Part shown: positions 1-10,125 of the stretch, piece after piece
Numbering within the stretch: position 1 is the first letter of the stretch
How the letters are laid out: each line of letters opens with the position of its first letter
Assembly (NCBI GenBank): GCA_973895155.1
Contig: OZ316896.1
Location: forward strand, 23,331,722 to 23,395,721
DNA from: Marsupella aquatica
Taxonomy: Eukaryota; Plantae; Marchantiophyta
Length of the DNA stretch: 64,000 nucleotides
Direction of reading: 5' to 3'
Notes under the pieces: generated by a model
What the model saw: the letters and a program-made list of their open reading frames with translations, nothing else
Told to the model about the DNA's origin: nothing
Databases searched by the model: none
Made by a program: the position numbers and the translations under genes

Positions 1-1183
1 GAAAACCCCTTTGCTGGAGACAAGGAGAGAATCAGGCCGGAATCCAAGCCAGGTGTTCGAATGTATGTGGGAATCTCAAGCTCCGAATCTGAGGTAGAAT
101 TGCCTGAAGCTCCTACCGACGAAGAGGAGAGGGAGAAGCCGGACGTCCAAGAAGTAGAGGAGGCAGTGGAGGACTGCAGCCATGATAATTCCGGCTATGG
201 GTCGGACCATCACGTTCCAGGAGTAAGGACCTGTGGCCGGTTTGTCCCCACACTCCCAAGGGTAGTGCGAGGGGACCCCAACCAGCAGAGTAGCCCTGAG
301 TCTCCCCCACCAGATGTTGCTCCCCCGAGCTTCGACGGCATAAAACAGACGGTGCAGGAATTTCAGGAGCGAATCAGGCAGGAAGAGGAGGCAGCCCTGG
401 CTAGGGAAAAGGATTTACCAGGAGGAGATTGGCCGGAGGACATCAGGCGGCTAGCCGAAAAAGGAAGCAAACCTCTAGCCACGATTGAAGAGATCCGCAA
501 GACGGCTTGGGACCAGAGGCCGCGATGGGCGATGCCAATCACTTCTACTTACTCCACCTACGCTAAGAATAGAGCCATGGAGTATGGTGAGATGTGTGGG
601 GAACTTGCGCTCGGCATCTTTGGAGAGGAGTTGGAGGTAGGACCCTTTTTCCATAGGGAGCAGTTGGAGAAGCACCAATTAGAAGAAGCGGTGGCTTTAG
701 AGAGAAGCAAGAAGGACGAGGTCATTCGGCGGCTTAGGAGGATGGAAGCCGAGATTGAAGATCTAAGGGCGGCCAAGAAAGCCCAAGATGAACTACGGAT
801 TAAACGACATGAGCTGAACATCATGCAGGGGCAGTTGGACACCGCGCAGGCTGATAATCAGAATATCAAGGATAAACTGACTCAGACGCAGGGAGAGTTG
901 GCCGACACGATCAAAGAGAGGGAGAAGTGGAAGCAAGAGCTGAAGAATACAGAGGAGGCCCACATAACAGCCAACAGCCGGGCCATGGCGGAGACCCAAA
1001 GAAAGGAATGGGCGTTGAAGGGGGAGCTCGAGAAAATCCGCGGAGCCCTTGAGCAGAAGGAGGCCGAGTTAGGGAAATCCTATCAAGGGATTATGGCGCT
1101 GCAGCAGGAGCTTGCGTCCCTGACGGCCAGCTTCAAGGCCGACCTAAGGGAGAAGGACGAGATGCTCGAACAGACTTACGCCA
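1..1183 (+). repeat. Family-1 LTR, partial copy A (internal part of the LTR ORF; begins before the window, truncated at an inversion junction)
   Basis: Near-identical to the ORF inside copies B, D and E up to ...EQTYA; then switches to minus-strand pol over a GCCA overlap at 1180-1183. Confidence 0.92.
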
Positions 1184-2900
1184 TCCAGGCCGCAACTTTC
1201 TCTTGGTCCACCTCAATGCCCCGTTTGGACACACGATGCCCGAGTAACACCCCCTCCTCTACCCCAAAGAAGCATTTGGCGGGATGTAGTTTGAGGTTAA
1301 CATCTTGGCATCGTTGCAACGTTCGTCGTAGGTGTTCGGGGTGCATGGCAACGGTTCCGAAGATGGCAAAGTCATCGATAAATATCTCCAAAAATTCCCG
1401 TAGGAAATCGTGGAAGATATTCATCATAAGGCGCTGAAACATAGCCGGGGCGTTACACAGACCAAAAGGCATCCTCCAAAATGCGAACGTCCCCCACTCC
1501 GTAGTGAAAGTTGTTTTGAGCTGATCCGCGAGACGAATCCAGATTTGGTTATAACCTGAATACCCGTCAAGAAATGTATAGATTTCATTTCGGGCCACCA
1601 TATCTAGAACCATATCCGTGAATGGTAATGGGTAATGGTCTTTTCGGGTTGCGTCATTCAGCTTACGGTAGTCCTGACAGATACGAATCTTAGGTTTTCC
1701 ATCCGTACCTCCCTTCTTTGGTACAATGACAATGGGAGAGACCCAGTCGCTGGCCATTACCGGGTAAATGATATCGGCGGCGAGGAGACGATCAATTTCC
1801 TCCTTCACTAAGATGGAGTACCTCGGATTCATGCGACGTTGTCGCTGTCGTACCGCATGGGCTCCTAGGTTCAGATCGATTGTGTGTTCTCCCAACTCGG
1901 GGGAGACGCTTGTTAAATCATGATGACTCCATGCAAACACATCTTCATATTCCTTGAGCAAAGCTTGGATGGATTTTTCAGCCTTCCCCGTCAGAGCGTG
2001 GCCCAGGTTAAAAGATTTGTCCATCCCAATAGTGTACTTCCGGTAGTGCTCCTTCATGATGACTTCAACCTGGTTTCGCAGACTCGGGTCCAGGCTCGCG
2101 TCAAGCTCAGCTAACCGAACTCCTCCGTACATGGGTGGGACCGGGATTGGTCTCGGGATGGGGTTTACGTCCTCCAATTGCGGAATGGACGGATCCCATG
2201 AGACTCGCTTTTTATGTCTCGGTCTCGAGTTTTCGGCCTCAGGTGGTTGTTGGGCTGGTTCATGGTTATGAGGCTCTGAAATGGAAGGAGTAGCCTCGGC
2301 TCCCTGCTTAGCTGGAGCCGTGTCCTCCGTCTCGATGAGTTGTTCGTGCGTTTCCTCATCCTTGACAGTAGATGTGCTTGGGGTGGACTTAATGGCAGCC
2401 CTCGGGTAATTTAGGAGATGTGTTTCTCGGGTTGCTTCAACTCCGAAGACATCTTCCTCGGATAGGGACGAGATGAGTTCGATCATATTGAGTTCCTCTT
2501 CCTCCGAGGTCTCCGAATCATATTCCTCGGGTCCTTGTGGGGTTTCTCCCTGATAATCGTCCATTGCCCAGGATACCCGTACGGTGGGTTCCCCGAACCG
2601 TAGCTCCTTCTTTCCCCAATCCGTGACTACGCGGCCACCGTACAACCACGGCCTGCCCAGAAGAACCGGATAAGAGGAGGGACGAACCGGCCTCATGACT
2701 AAGAAGTTGAGATAGAACTCTACCCCTCCCACCAGAGTGAGCACTCGTGTGAGCGTGCCTAATGGGAGGACCCTTGCCCCGTTTGCTAATCTGATAGCTC
2801 GGGCCGTGGGTTGATACGTGAGGTATCCTAACTTGACTGACGTTTCTTCAGTCATGATGTTGACTCCCGCTCCTCCGTCTACAAGAACCATCTTGATGGT
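1180..2900 (-). pseudogene. Ty3/Gypsy (Athila/Tat-like) pol fragment: aspartic protease plus most of the reverse transcriptase
   Basis: ORF 1176..2915: VLVDGGAGVNIM and LLGRPWL (protease); DYRKLN, LDGYSGYNQI, MPFGLCNAP, FIDDF, LLGH (RT). Truncated at both ends. Confidence 0.95.
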
Positions 2901-5900
2901 TGTGGTGCGTCCCATGGCTCCCTAAACCCAAGAAACCCCCCCAGCTCATGCCGATTCCCGCGGGTTTCGCGCTTGGCGAGGCCGTTTCCGCGGCTTAGCG
3001 GCATGGGATGCTGCTAACCTTCTACTACTACTATTAACATTTTACACACATATACTGGACAGATCCTTCATCGGGTCATGAGATACGTAGCCGGCCTAAT
3101 CTAGGCCTTCCCCTGTCTTCCCCTCCGTCTTGTTAGGTATGTTTGGATTCCGCCGCCGGAATGATCCCCAATAGGCTTGGTTAAGCCGCTAAGACCTCTC
3201 TCAGCTCGACACATCCAACTCTCACTCCCCTGCTTACTTTCCTTCCTTTTGGTTGATGTGGGCACTCTTCACACAAGTTAATGCGACACACAAATAGCAA
3301 AATGACTCATTCTGACTGAGTCATACCATGCACTTGCCATACAAACAGTACATCTCATACACAAGCTCTGCGAACTAAGCCGTGAGGCCAACTCTATTCA
3401 GCTCTTAGGCATGAGGAAACATGAATATACACAAGGGTCACTGTACGACTAACCGAGAGCTTCTCGTACTACTTGATCCCAGCCCGGCTGGTGCAAACTA
3501 AAAACTTGCTAAAGAAGAGGCCCTTAGCTCCCCGCTGCCCAGGTACTTATCCTGGTAGTGGATCCACCATTCTTTGCATCGTAAGCCTATCTACTTAACA
3601 GTAATCTACTTGCCCGAATCTACCTATGTACAGCAAGGCAGGAGCACAAGTGTTGCTCCTACCAGTGGGACCGCAATCCCACTAAGCTAAGTGTCAGGGC
3701 CGCTCCTGGTCCTGATCCTAATCCTAAACTTGGAGATCCGCGCCCGCCCTGCCCACTCACGCCTCCTCCCTCCACGTCCGCCCTCCCTAAAAGGAACGGC
3801 GCCTTTGCACCGTCACGACACCGGTGGTGGATCCTTAATGGACGCCCCCAACGCTTCCTCCTCAGCCACTGCCGTAGGCTCATTCCCTGACAGATTACCT
3901 GCCCTTGACTGAGTCAACTCTCCATCGGCCTGACTGGGTCCACCATCGGCGTAGGCATCGGCTTGGGAATCGGTTACGGCCTCAGCCTCGGCTACGGTCT
4001 CCCCGGCCTGCTCAAGAGGCGGATCTGGAATACCGGCCTCATTACTGAGTAGTTCGGCTTGGGCCGCACCACCCCCACCTGTGATGATAGCGGGCTCTTT
4101 TGCTGGATTCATGCCGGAGGATGGTGCTGGTTCTACCTCTTTGGTCACCACGGCTTGTGGAGTCGGATTACTCCTTGACCCTGAAGGTTTCCGCTTTTTC
4201 TTCTTTTCTGGTTCGGCCGCTGGTCCCTTCCCCTTCCCACTTACTTCCGGCACTGGTGCAGTTGGCACGGCTTTTTCTTCGGCCAGTACCACTCCTGGTA
4301 ACTTGGTTGCCCCAATTGGAGTTGGGCCTGATGAAGACAAGCACTTAAATACTGCGGCTTGTTTCTTCAGCCGCTCCGTTTGGTTGTCGGCCCGCCGCTG
4401 GAGGTTCTCCATCTTCCTCGTGATTTCCTCCAACTCCTCCTGGGTCTCATCCAGGTCCTTGCGTGCCTCCTCTAGTTCCTTTTGGGCTTCCTCCCGTTCT
4501 TGTTTCAAGGTAGTCCTCTCCTCCCGGGTTGCTCTTAGCTCCTTGTCGAGCTCTGCAATATTGACAGACTCCATCTGGTTCATCTTGGCGTAAGTCTGTT
4601 CGAGCATGTCGTCCTTCTCCCTTAGGTCGGCCTTGAAGCTGGCCGTCAGGGACGCAAGCTCCTGCTGCAACGCCATAATCCCTTGATAGGATTTCCCTAA
4701 CTCGGCCTCCTTCTGCTCAAGGGCTCCGCGGATTTTCTCGAGCTCCCCCTTCAACGCCCATTCCTTTCTTTGGGTCTCCGCCATGGCCCGGCTGTTGGCT
4801 GTTATGTGGGCCTCCTCTGTATTCTTCAGCTCTTGCTTCCACTTCTCCCTCTCTTTGATTGTGTCGGCCAACTCTCCCTGCGTCTGAGTCAGTTTATCCT
4901 TGATATTCTGATTATCAGCCTGCGCGGTGTCCAACTGCCCCTGCATGATGTTCAGCTCATGCCGTTTAATCCGCAGTTCATCTTGGGCTTTCTTGGCCGC
5001 CCTTAGATCTTCAATCTCGGCTTCCATCCTCCTAAGCCGCCGAATGACCTCATCCTTCTTGCTTCTCTCCAAAGCCACCGCTTCTTCTAATTGGTGCTTC
5101 TCCAACTGCTCCCTATGGAAAAAGGGTCCTACCTCCAACTCCTCTCCAAAGATGTTGAGCGCAAGTTCCCCACACATCTCACCATACTCCATGGCTCTAT
5201 TCTTAGCGTAGGTGGAGTAAGTAGAAGTGATCGGCATCGCCCATCGCGGCCTCTGCTCCCAAGCCGTCCTGCGGATCTCTTCAATCGTGGCTAGAGGTTT
5301 GCTTCCTTTTTCGGCTAGCCGCCTGATGTCCTCCGGCCAATCTCCTCCTGGTAAATCCTTTTCCCTAGCCAGGGCTGCCTCCTCTTCCTGCCTGATTCGC
5401 TCCTGAAATTCCTGCACCATCTGTTTTATGCCGTCAAAGCTCGGGGGAGCAACATCTGGTGGGGGAGACTCAGGGCTACTCTGCTGGTTGGGGTCCCCTC
5501 GCACTACCCTTGGAAGTGTGGGGACAAACCGGCCACAGGTCCTTACTCCTGGAACGTGATGGTCCGACCCATAGCCGGAATTATCATGGCTGCAGTCCTC
5601 CACTGCCTCCTCTACCTCTTGGACGTCCGGCTTCTCCCTCTCCTCTTCGTCGGTAGGAGCTTCAGGCAATTCTGCCTCAGATTCGGAGCTTGAGGTTCCC
5701 ACGTACATTCGAACACCTGGCTTGGATTCCGGCCTGATTCTCTCCTTGTCTCCAGCAAAGGGGTTTTCTCTTGTGAGCCGGTGTAGGCCTACCTCTGTAG
5801 TAGTGTCCTGCATTGTTGCCGTTGCCGTTGTTGTTGCCGATGCCGATTTCTTTTCTTTCTCCAGTAGTTTCAGCAGACTCTGCATGCCTGGTTGCTGCAT

Positions 5901-7564
5901 CGGCAAGTCCTCCTTCCTGGGTCTAAACACCTGCTCGATCGTAGGGCTAACAGGTGGTTGAGGCTTCTCAGCCAACGGCCTCGGCGTTGGAGCTTCCTCG
6001 GGTGCCCTTACCTGCAGGGGGAGTACCGGGGCAAAAGTCTGACCTCTGGCATACCGGCACAACAGCGGCATGTGATAGCCAAGCCGCGACACGCTCCCCA
6101 TGCCGATTACCTGCTGCTCCTCCTTTAAGATCTTCTTCAATTGGTTGAGGAGGTACCCGTTGTAGTCCCGGCTTGGGTCTGGCCTTTCTGCCAGATAGAC
6201 CTGTGCCTTGCCGATCTCTGCCCTCGGCAAGTTACAATGCATGGTCACCCGCAAGAAGTCAATCATCTCTCCTATGTGCGGGTTGGTGCAGGTGTTCCGG
6301 AAGAAGCCATTCTTCGTTGATGGCCCAGGGAACGACCGGAACTCCTTGTCAGGCAAGGTCTTCCTGGTATCAACTTTGGTCTTATTGCCTATCGGCAAGC
6401 CAAACACTTCGGCAATTACCTTGGGAGTAAGATAGAAATCCTTCCCATATATCCTCGTGCAATTGGTCTCGGGTTCCCATGACCCCACGAATTCTAATAG
6501 GTCTGACTCCGGTACCTCCGGCTTCAGCCATGGTAATCTTACAAAGGCCTCTAAGCCGGATCCGGCCATGAAGCCTTGGTACTTCTTGGTCTGCATGGCC
6601 GTGAAGCATGCATCCTCCTCCCGTGCAAAATGTAGTTGCACCTCCACCGGTAGGGTTGCCGCCCAGCCCTTCCAGGTGTCATCCCTGGTTGGAATGGCCT
6701 TGATGGGATCGACCTCCTCCTCTTCGGCTTCTCCCTGCCTCCTGCTCTGCTGCTTGGCTGGCTTCTTTGGTGCCGCCGACCTCGTTCTTTTTGCCGGGGT
6801 GGCTTCATCGTTGACGGCTCCCTTCCTCTTCATCCCTGCTGCCGTGGAGGTTTCTCCTAGCACCGTTGCCTGGGTCCACCTTTCCGTGCTTCCCTTTAAT
6901 TCCCAGTGTATGTCGTTGCAGTTCTTGATGGCCTCTCGGATGCCGACGACGCTGTCTTTGCAAAACAGAAGATCGTCGAGTTGATTGGAAGTAGGCGTCC
7001 ACAGGAACTCGTCCTTGATGAGTTCGCCTCCTAAGAAAGCCGTCTTCTGCAGCTCCCACAATCGAGCGAGCTCCTGCCGTTCTCGAGCTGCCCTTTCTGA
7101 TTCCTCGTCCTCGTAAGTCTTGATGTACTTAGTTGCCCGTTCGAACAGGCATCCCCAGAAATGTGCCGCTTGATTGACGTTGCTCATACCCTCCTTAGGT
7201 CGATCATCGATATCTACTCTCTCCCCGAGTGCTTGCCTAAGCAGCTGACAGTAGTTGGCCTCCCGTAGTCGTCTGCCTAGTTCGTGCTCGCAATATGAGC
7301 CACCATCTCCTGCAAGCGCTCCTTACCCCTCTCCTCTGCCGGTCCTTCTTCCCGTTGATCCTTCCTAGCCGCCGACGCTTAACGCGCCCTAACCCTAATC
7401 GAGTTTTCACCCTCAGCGTCCTTACCTCCGGCCTCGGCCCGGGTTCCATGGTTGCCCCTAATGGTTTATATTTTCCTTGTTTTGTCCCTATACTAAGGTG
7501 TTCCTAGGGTGCCTTCCTGGTTTACCCACTTAACTGGCCGAGTGATTCCTGTCTAGGCATCACA
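2901..7564 (-). mobile_element. Family-1 full-length LTR, copy B (4664 bp, no TSD)
   Basis: Minus strand starts TGTGATGCCTAG (7564) and ends GGGACGCACCACA (2901); colinear with 16463-21127 and 59154-63815. Confidence 0.92.
3813..7187 (-). CDS. LTR-encoded 1124-aa protein (PMD/Transposase_32-like domain, acidic region, long coiled coil, basic NLS-like patch)
   Basis: Uninterrupted ORF. LLEFVGSW...IYGKDFYLTPKVIAEVFGLP resembles plant-mobile-domain-like extra ORFs of Gypsy elements; E/K/L/Q heptad-rich C-terminal half; KKKKRKP. The 87-aa N-terminal extension seen in copy E is frameshifted here. Confidence 0.85.
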   Translation of the reverse strand: MSNVNQAAHFWGCLFERATKYIKTYEDEESERAARERQELARLWELQKTAFLGGELIKDEFLWTPTSNQLDDLLFCKDSVVGIREAIKNCNDIHWELKGSTERWTQATVLGETSTAAGMKRKGAVNDEATPAKRTRSAAPKKPAKQQSRRQGEAEEEEVDPIKAIPTRDDTWKGWAATLPVEVQLHFAREEDACFTAMQTKKYQGFMAGSGLEAFVRLPWLKPEVPESDLLEFVGSWEPETNCTRIYGKDFYLTPKVIAEVFGLPIGNKTKVDTRKTLPDKEFRSFPGPSTKNGFFRNTCTNPHIGEMIDFLRVTMHCNLPRAEIGKAQVYLAERPDPSRDYNGYLLNQLKKILKEEQQVIGMGSVSRLGYHMPLLCRYARGQTFAPVLPLQVRAPEEAPTPRPLAEKPQPPVSPTIEQVFRPRKEDLPMQQPGMQSLLKLLEKEKKSASATTTATATMQDTTTEVGLHRLTRENPFAGDKERIRPESKPGVRMYVGTSSSESEAELPEAPTDEEEREKPDVQEVEEAVEDCSHDNSGYGSDHHVPGVRTCGRFVPTLPRVVRGDPNQQSSPESPPPDVAPPSFDGIKQMVQEFQERIRQEEEAALAREKDLPGGDWPEDIRRLAEKGSKPLATIEEIRRTAWEQRPRWAMPITSTYSTYAKNRAMEYGEMCGELALNIFGEELEVGPFFHREQLEKHQLEEAVALERSKKDEVIRRLRRMEAEIEDLRAAKKAQDELRIKRHELNIMQGQLDTAQADNQNIKDKLTQTQGELADTIKEREKWKQELKNTEEAHITANSRAMAETQRKEWALKGELEKIRGALEQKEAELGKSYQGIMALQQELASLTASFKADLREKDDMLEQTYAKMNQMESVNIAELDKELRATREERTTLKQEREEAQKELEEARKDLDETQEELEEITRKMENLQRRADNQTERLKKQAAVFKCLSSSGPTPIGATKLPGVVLAEEKAVPTAPVPEVSGKGKGPAAEPEKKKKRKPSGSRSNPTPQAVVTKEVEPAPSSGMNPAKEPAIITGGGGAAQAELLSNEAGIPDPPLEQAGETVAEAEAVTDSQADAYADGGPSQADGELTQSRAGNLSGNEPTAVAEEEALGASIKDPPPVS

Positions 7565-9783
7565 CCGGTTTATCCCCACGCTTCCAAGAGTAGTTCGAGG
7601 GGACCCCACCCAGCAGAGTAGCCCCGAGTCTCCCCCACCAGATGTCGCTCCCCCAAGCTTTGACGGCATCAAGCAAACGGCACAAGAGTTTCAGAAGCAA
7701 CTTAGGGAGGAAGAGAAGGCAGCCCTGGCTAGGGAAAAAGATTTGCCAGGAGGAGATTGGCCGGAGGACATCAGGCGGCTTGCCGAAAAAAGAAACAACC
7801 CTCTTGCCACCATAGAAGAGATCCGCAAGACGGCTTGGGAATAGAGGCCGCGGTGGTTGATGCCGATGACTTCTACTTACTTCACCTATGCTAAAGATAG
7901 AGCCATGGAGTACGGGGAGATGTGTGGGGAACTTGCGCTCAGCATCTTTGGGGAGGAGTTGGAGCAGGGACCCTTTTTCCAGAGGGAGATGTTGGAGAAG
8001 CACCGATTAGAAGAAGTGGTGGCTTTGGAGAGAAACAAGAAGGACGAGGTCATCCAATGGCTTAGGGAGATGGAAGCCGAGGTGGAAGACCTGAAGATGG
8101 CCAAGAAAGCCCAAGATGAGCTACGGATCAAGCGGCATGAGCTAAACATCATGCAGGGGCAGTTGGATACCGCGTAGTCTGACAATCAGATTATCAAAGA
8201 TAAACTGACTCGGACCCAAGGAGAGTTGGCCGGCGCAGTCAAGGAAAAGGAGAAGTGGAAGCGGGAGCTAAGGGACGCAAAGGAGGCCCACTTAGCAGCC
8301 AACAATCGGGCCATGGCAGAGACCCAGAGAAAGGAGAGGGCATTAAAAGGGGAACTTGAGGATATCTGCGGAGCCCTTGAGCAGAAGGAGGCCGAATTAA
8401 GGAAAGCCTATCAAGGGATCATTGTGCTGCAGCAAGAGCTTGCATCCCTGACGGCCAGCTTCAAGGCCGACCTGCGGGAGAAAGACGACCAGCTCGATCA
8501 GACTTATGCCAAGATGAACAAGATGGAGTCTGAAGTCATGAAGGAGCTCGACAAGGAGCTAAGAGCAACCCAAGAAGAAAGGACTACCTTAGCAGAGGAG
8601 TTGCAAGCAGCCCAGAAGGAGTTGCAGGAGGCCCAAAAGGAGCGGGGGGAGGTATGAAAGGACCTAGACAAAACCCAAGAGGAGTTGGAGGAAATCACAA
8701 GGAAGATGGAGAACTTACAACGGCGGGCCGACAACCAAACAGAGCGGCTGAAGAAACAGGCCGCAGTATTCAAGTGCTTAGCTTCATCTGGTCCAATTGT
8801 GGGAACCCCGTTACCAGGAGTCGTACTGGCCAAAGGACAAGCCGAGACACACGCCCTGGCGCCGGAGGTAAGTGGCAAAGGGAAGGGACTAGCTGCCAAA
8901 ACAGGGAAGAAGAAGAAGCGGAGACCTTCTGGGTCTGGGAATTATACGACTCCTCAAGCCATGGTGACCAAGGAGGTAAACCAGTACCAAACTCCGGCAT
9001 CAACACGACGGTGGATCCACCGGTCCTAGGAAGTGGGGATGGCAAGGCCGAGGCCGGGACAACCAGTAAAGAGGCCAAGGTACCGGATCCTCCACTAGAA
9101 CATGTCGGGGAGGCCATAGCCATATCGGAAGCCGTGGCCAATGCTGAGGCCGAAGCCGAGGGGGGACCCAGTCAGGCCGATGAAGAGTTAACTCGGTCAG
9201 GGGCAGGTAATCTGTCAGAGGACGGACCAACGGCAGTGGTTGCGGAGGAAACGTTGGGGGCGTCCATTGAGGATCCACCACCGGTGTCGTGACGGTGCAA
9301 GGGCGCCGTTCCTTTTAGGGAGGGCGGACGTGGAGGTAGGAGGCATGACTGAGTGGGCAGGGCGGGCGCTGATCTCCAAGTTTAGACTTAGGATCAGGAC
9401 CAGGAGGCGGCCCTGACACTTAGATTAGTGGGATTGCGGATCCTTGGGTAAGGGCGAAACTTGTGCCCCTGCCTCTCTGTACTTAGGTAGATTACAGTTA
9501 GGTAGATTAGGCTTACGATGCAAGGAATTGGGCGGATCCACAGCCAGGATAAGTACCTGGGCTGCGGGGAGTTCACGGCCTCTTCTTTAGCAAGTTTTTA
9601 GTTGCACCAGCAGGGCTGGGATCAAGTAGTTGGAGAAGCTCTCGGTTAGTTATGCAGTGACCCTTGTGTATAATCATGTTTCCTCATGCCTAAGAGCTGA
9701 ATAGAGTTGGCCTCACGGCTTAGTTCGCAGAGCTTGTGTATGAGATGTACTGTTTGTATGGCAAGTGCATGGTATAACTCAGT
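7565..9783 (+). pseudogene. Family-1 LTR partial copy C (diverged subfamily; 3' half of the LTR ORF with stops, plus part of the non-coding LTR)
   Basis: ORF pieces 7857..8177, 8226..8657, 8685..9029 and 8654..9292 are homologous to the LTR protein; homology ends at GGTATAACTCAGT (9783). Confidence 0.9.
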
Positions 9784-9784
9784 T

Positions 9785-10125
9785 TGTCACACCATTCTAG
9801 GTAGTGTTAGAGTGTATCATACTATCTAGATCCGTATGTTTGGTATGTGTGCTATATGAGCCGATAAGGTTCCATCAGGTTTGTATGAGAGGGTACTTCT
9901 CACTTGTGAGGCATTGAAAGGTCATCTTTCAATGTTGAGCCTTGGAGAGAGAGGAGCTTGAGTGGCTATGGTGGCTGTGAGCTCCGCTTGTGTAACGTGG
10001 ATTCCTTGAGTAGTGCAAGGTGCGTTGGCTTGACATACATGTGTGATCGGATCGGTGCGGGATCGATGGGGTATTGTTGACCGGGATTGTTGTGCCGATC
10101 ATATGGAGATTACATTGAAAGATCA
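9785..10125. repeat. Probable terminus of an unrelated LTR (TGTCACACC...), truncated
   Basis: Abrupt break in family-1 homology followed by TGTCACACC (reverse complement GGTGTGACA, a typical Gypsy LTR end); non-coding; single copy in window. Confidence 0.35.

Noticed and set aside
61-1437. 458-aa ORF as a real gene
   Set aside because: Chimera of a truncated LTR ORF and antisense pol sequence after 1183.
4081-6984. Antisense ORFs over the LTR gene (e.g. 170 and 175 aa, recurring in other copies)
   Set aside because: Shadow ORFs from codon bias; they recur only because the repeat recurs.
3813-7187. LTR protein as an envelope protein or a host myosin/SMC gene
   Set aside because: No signal peptide or transmembrane segment, no ATPase motifs; coiled-coil similarity is non-specific.
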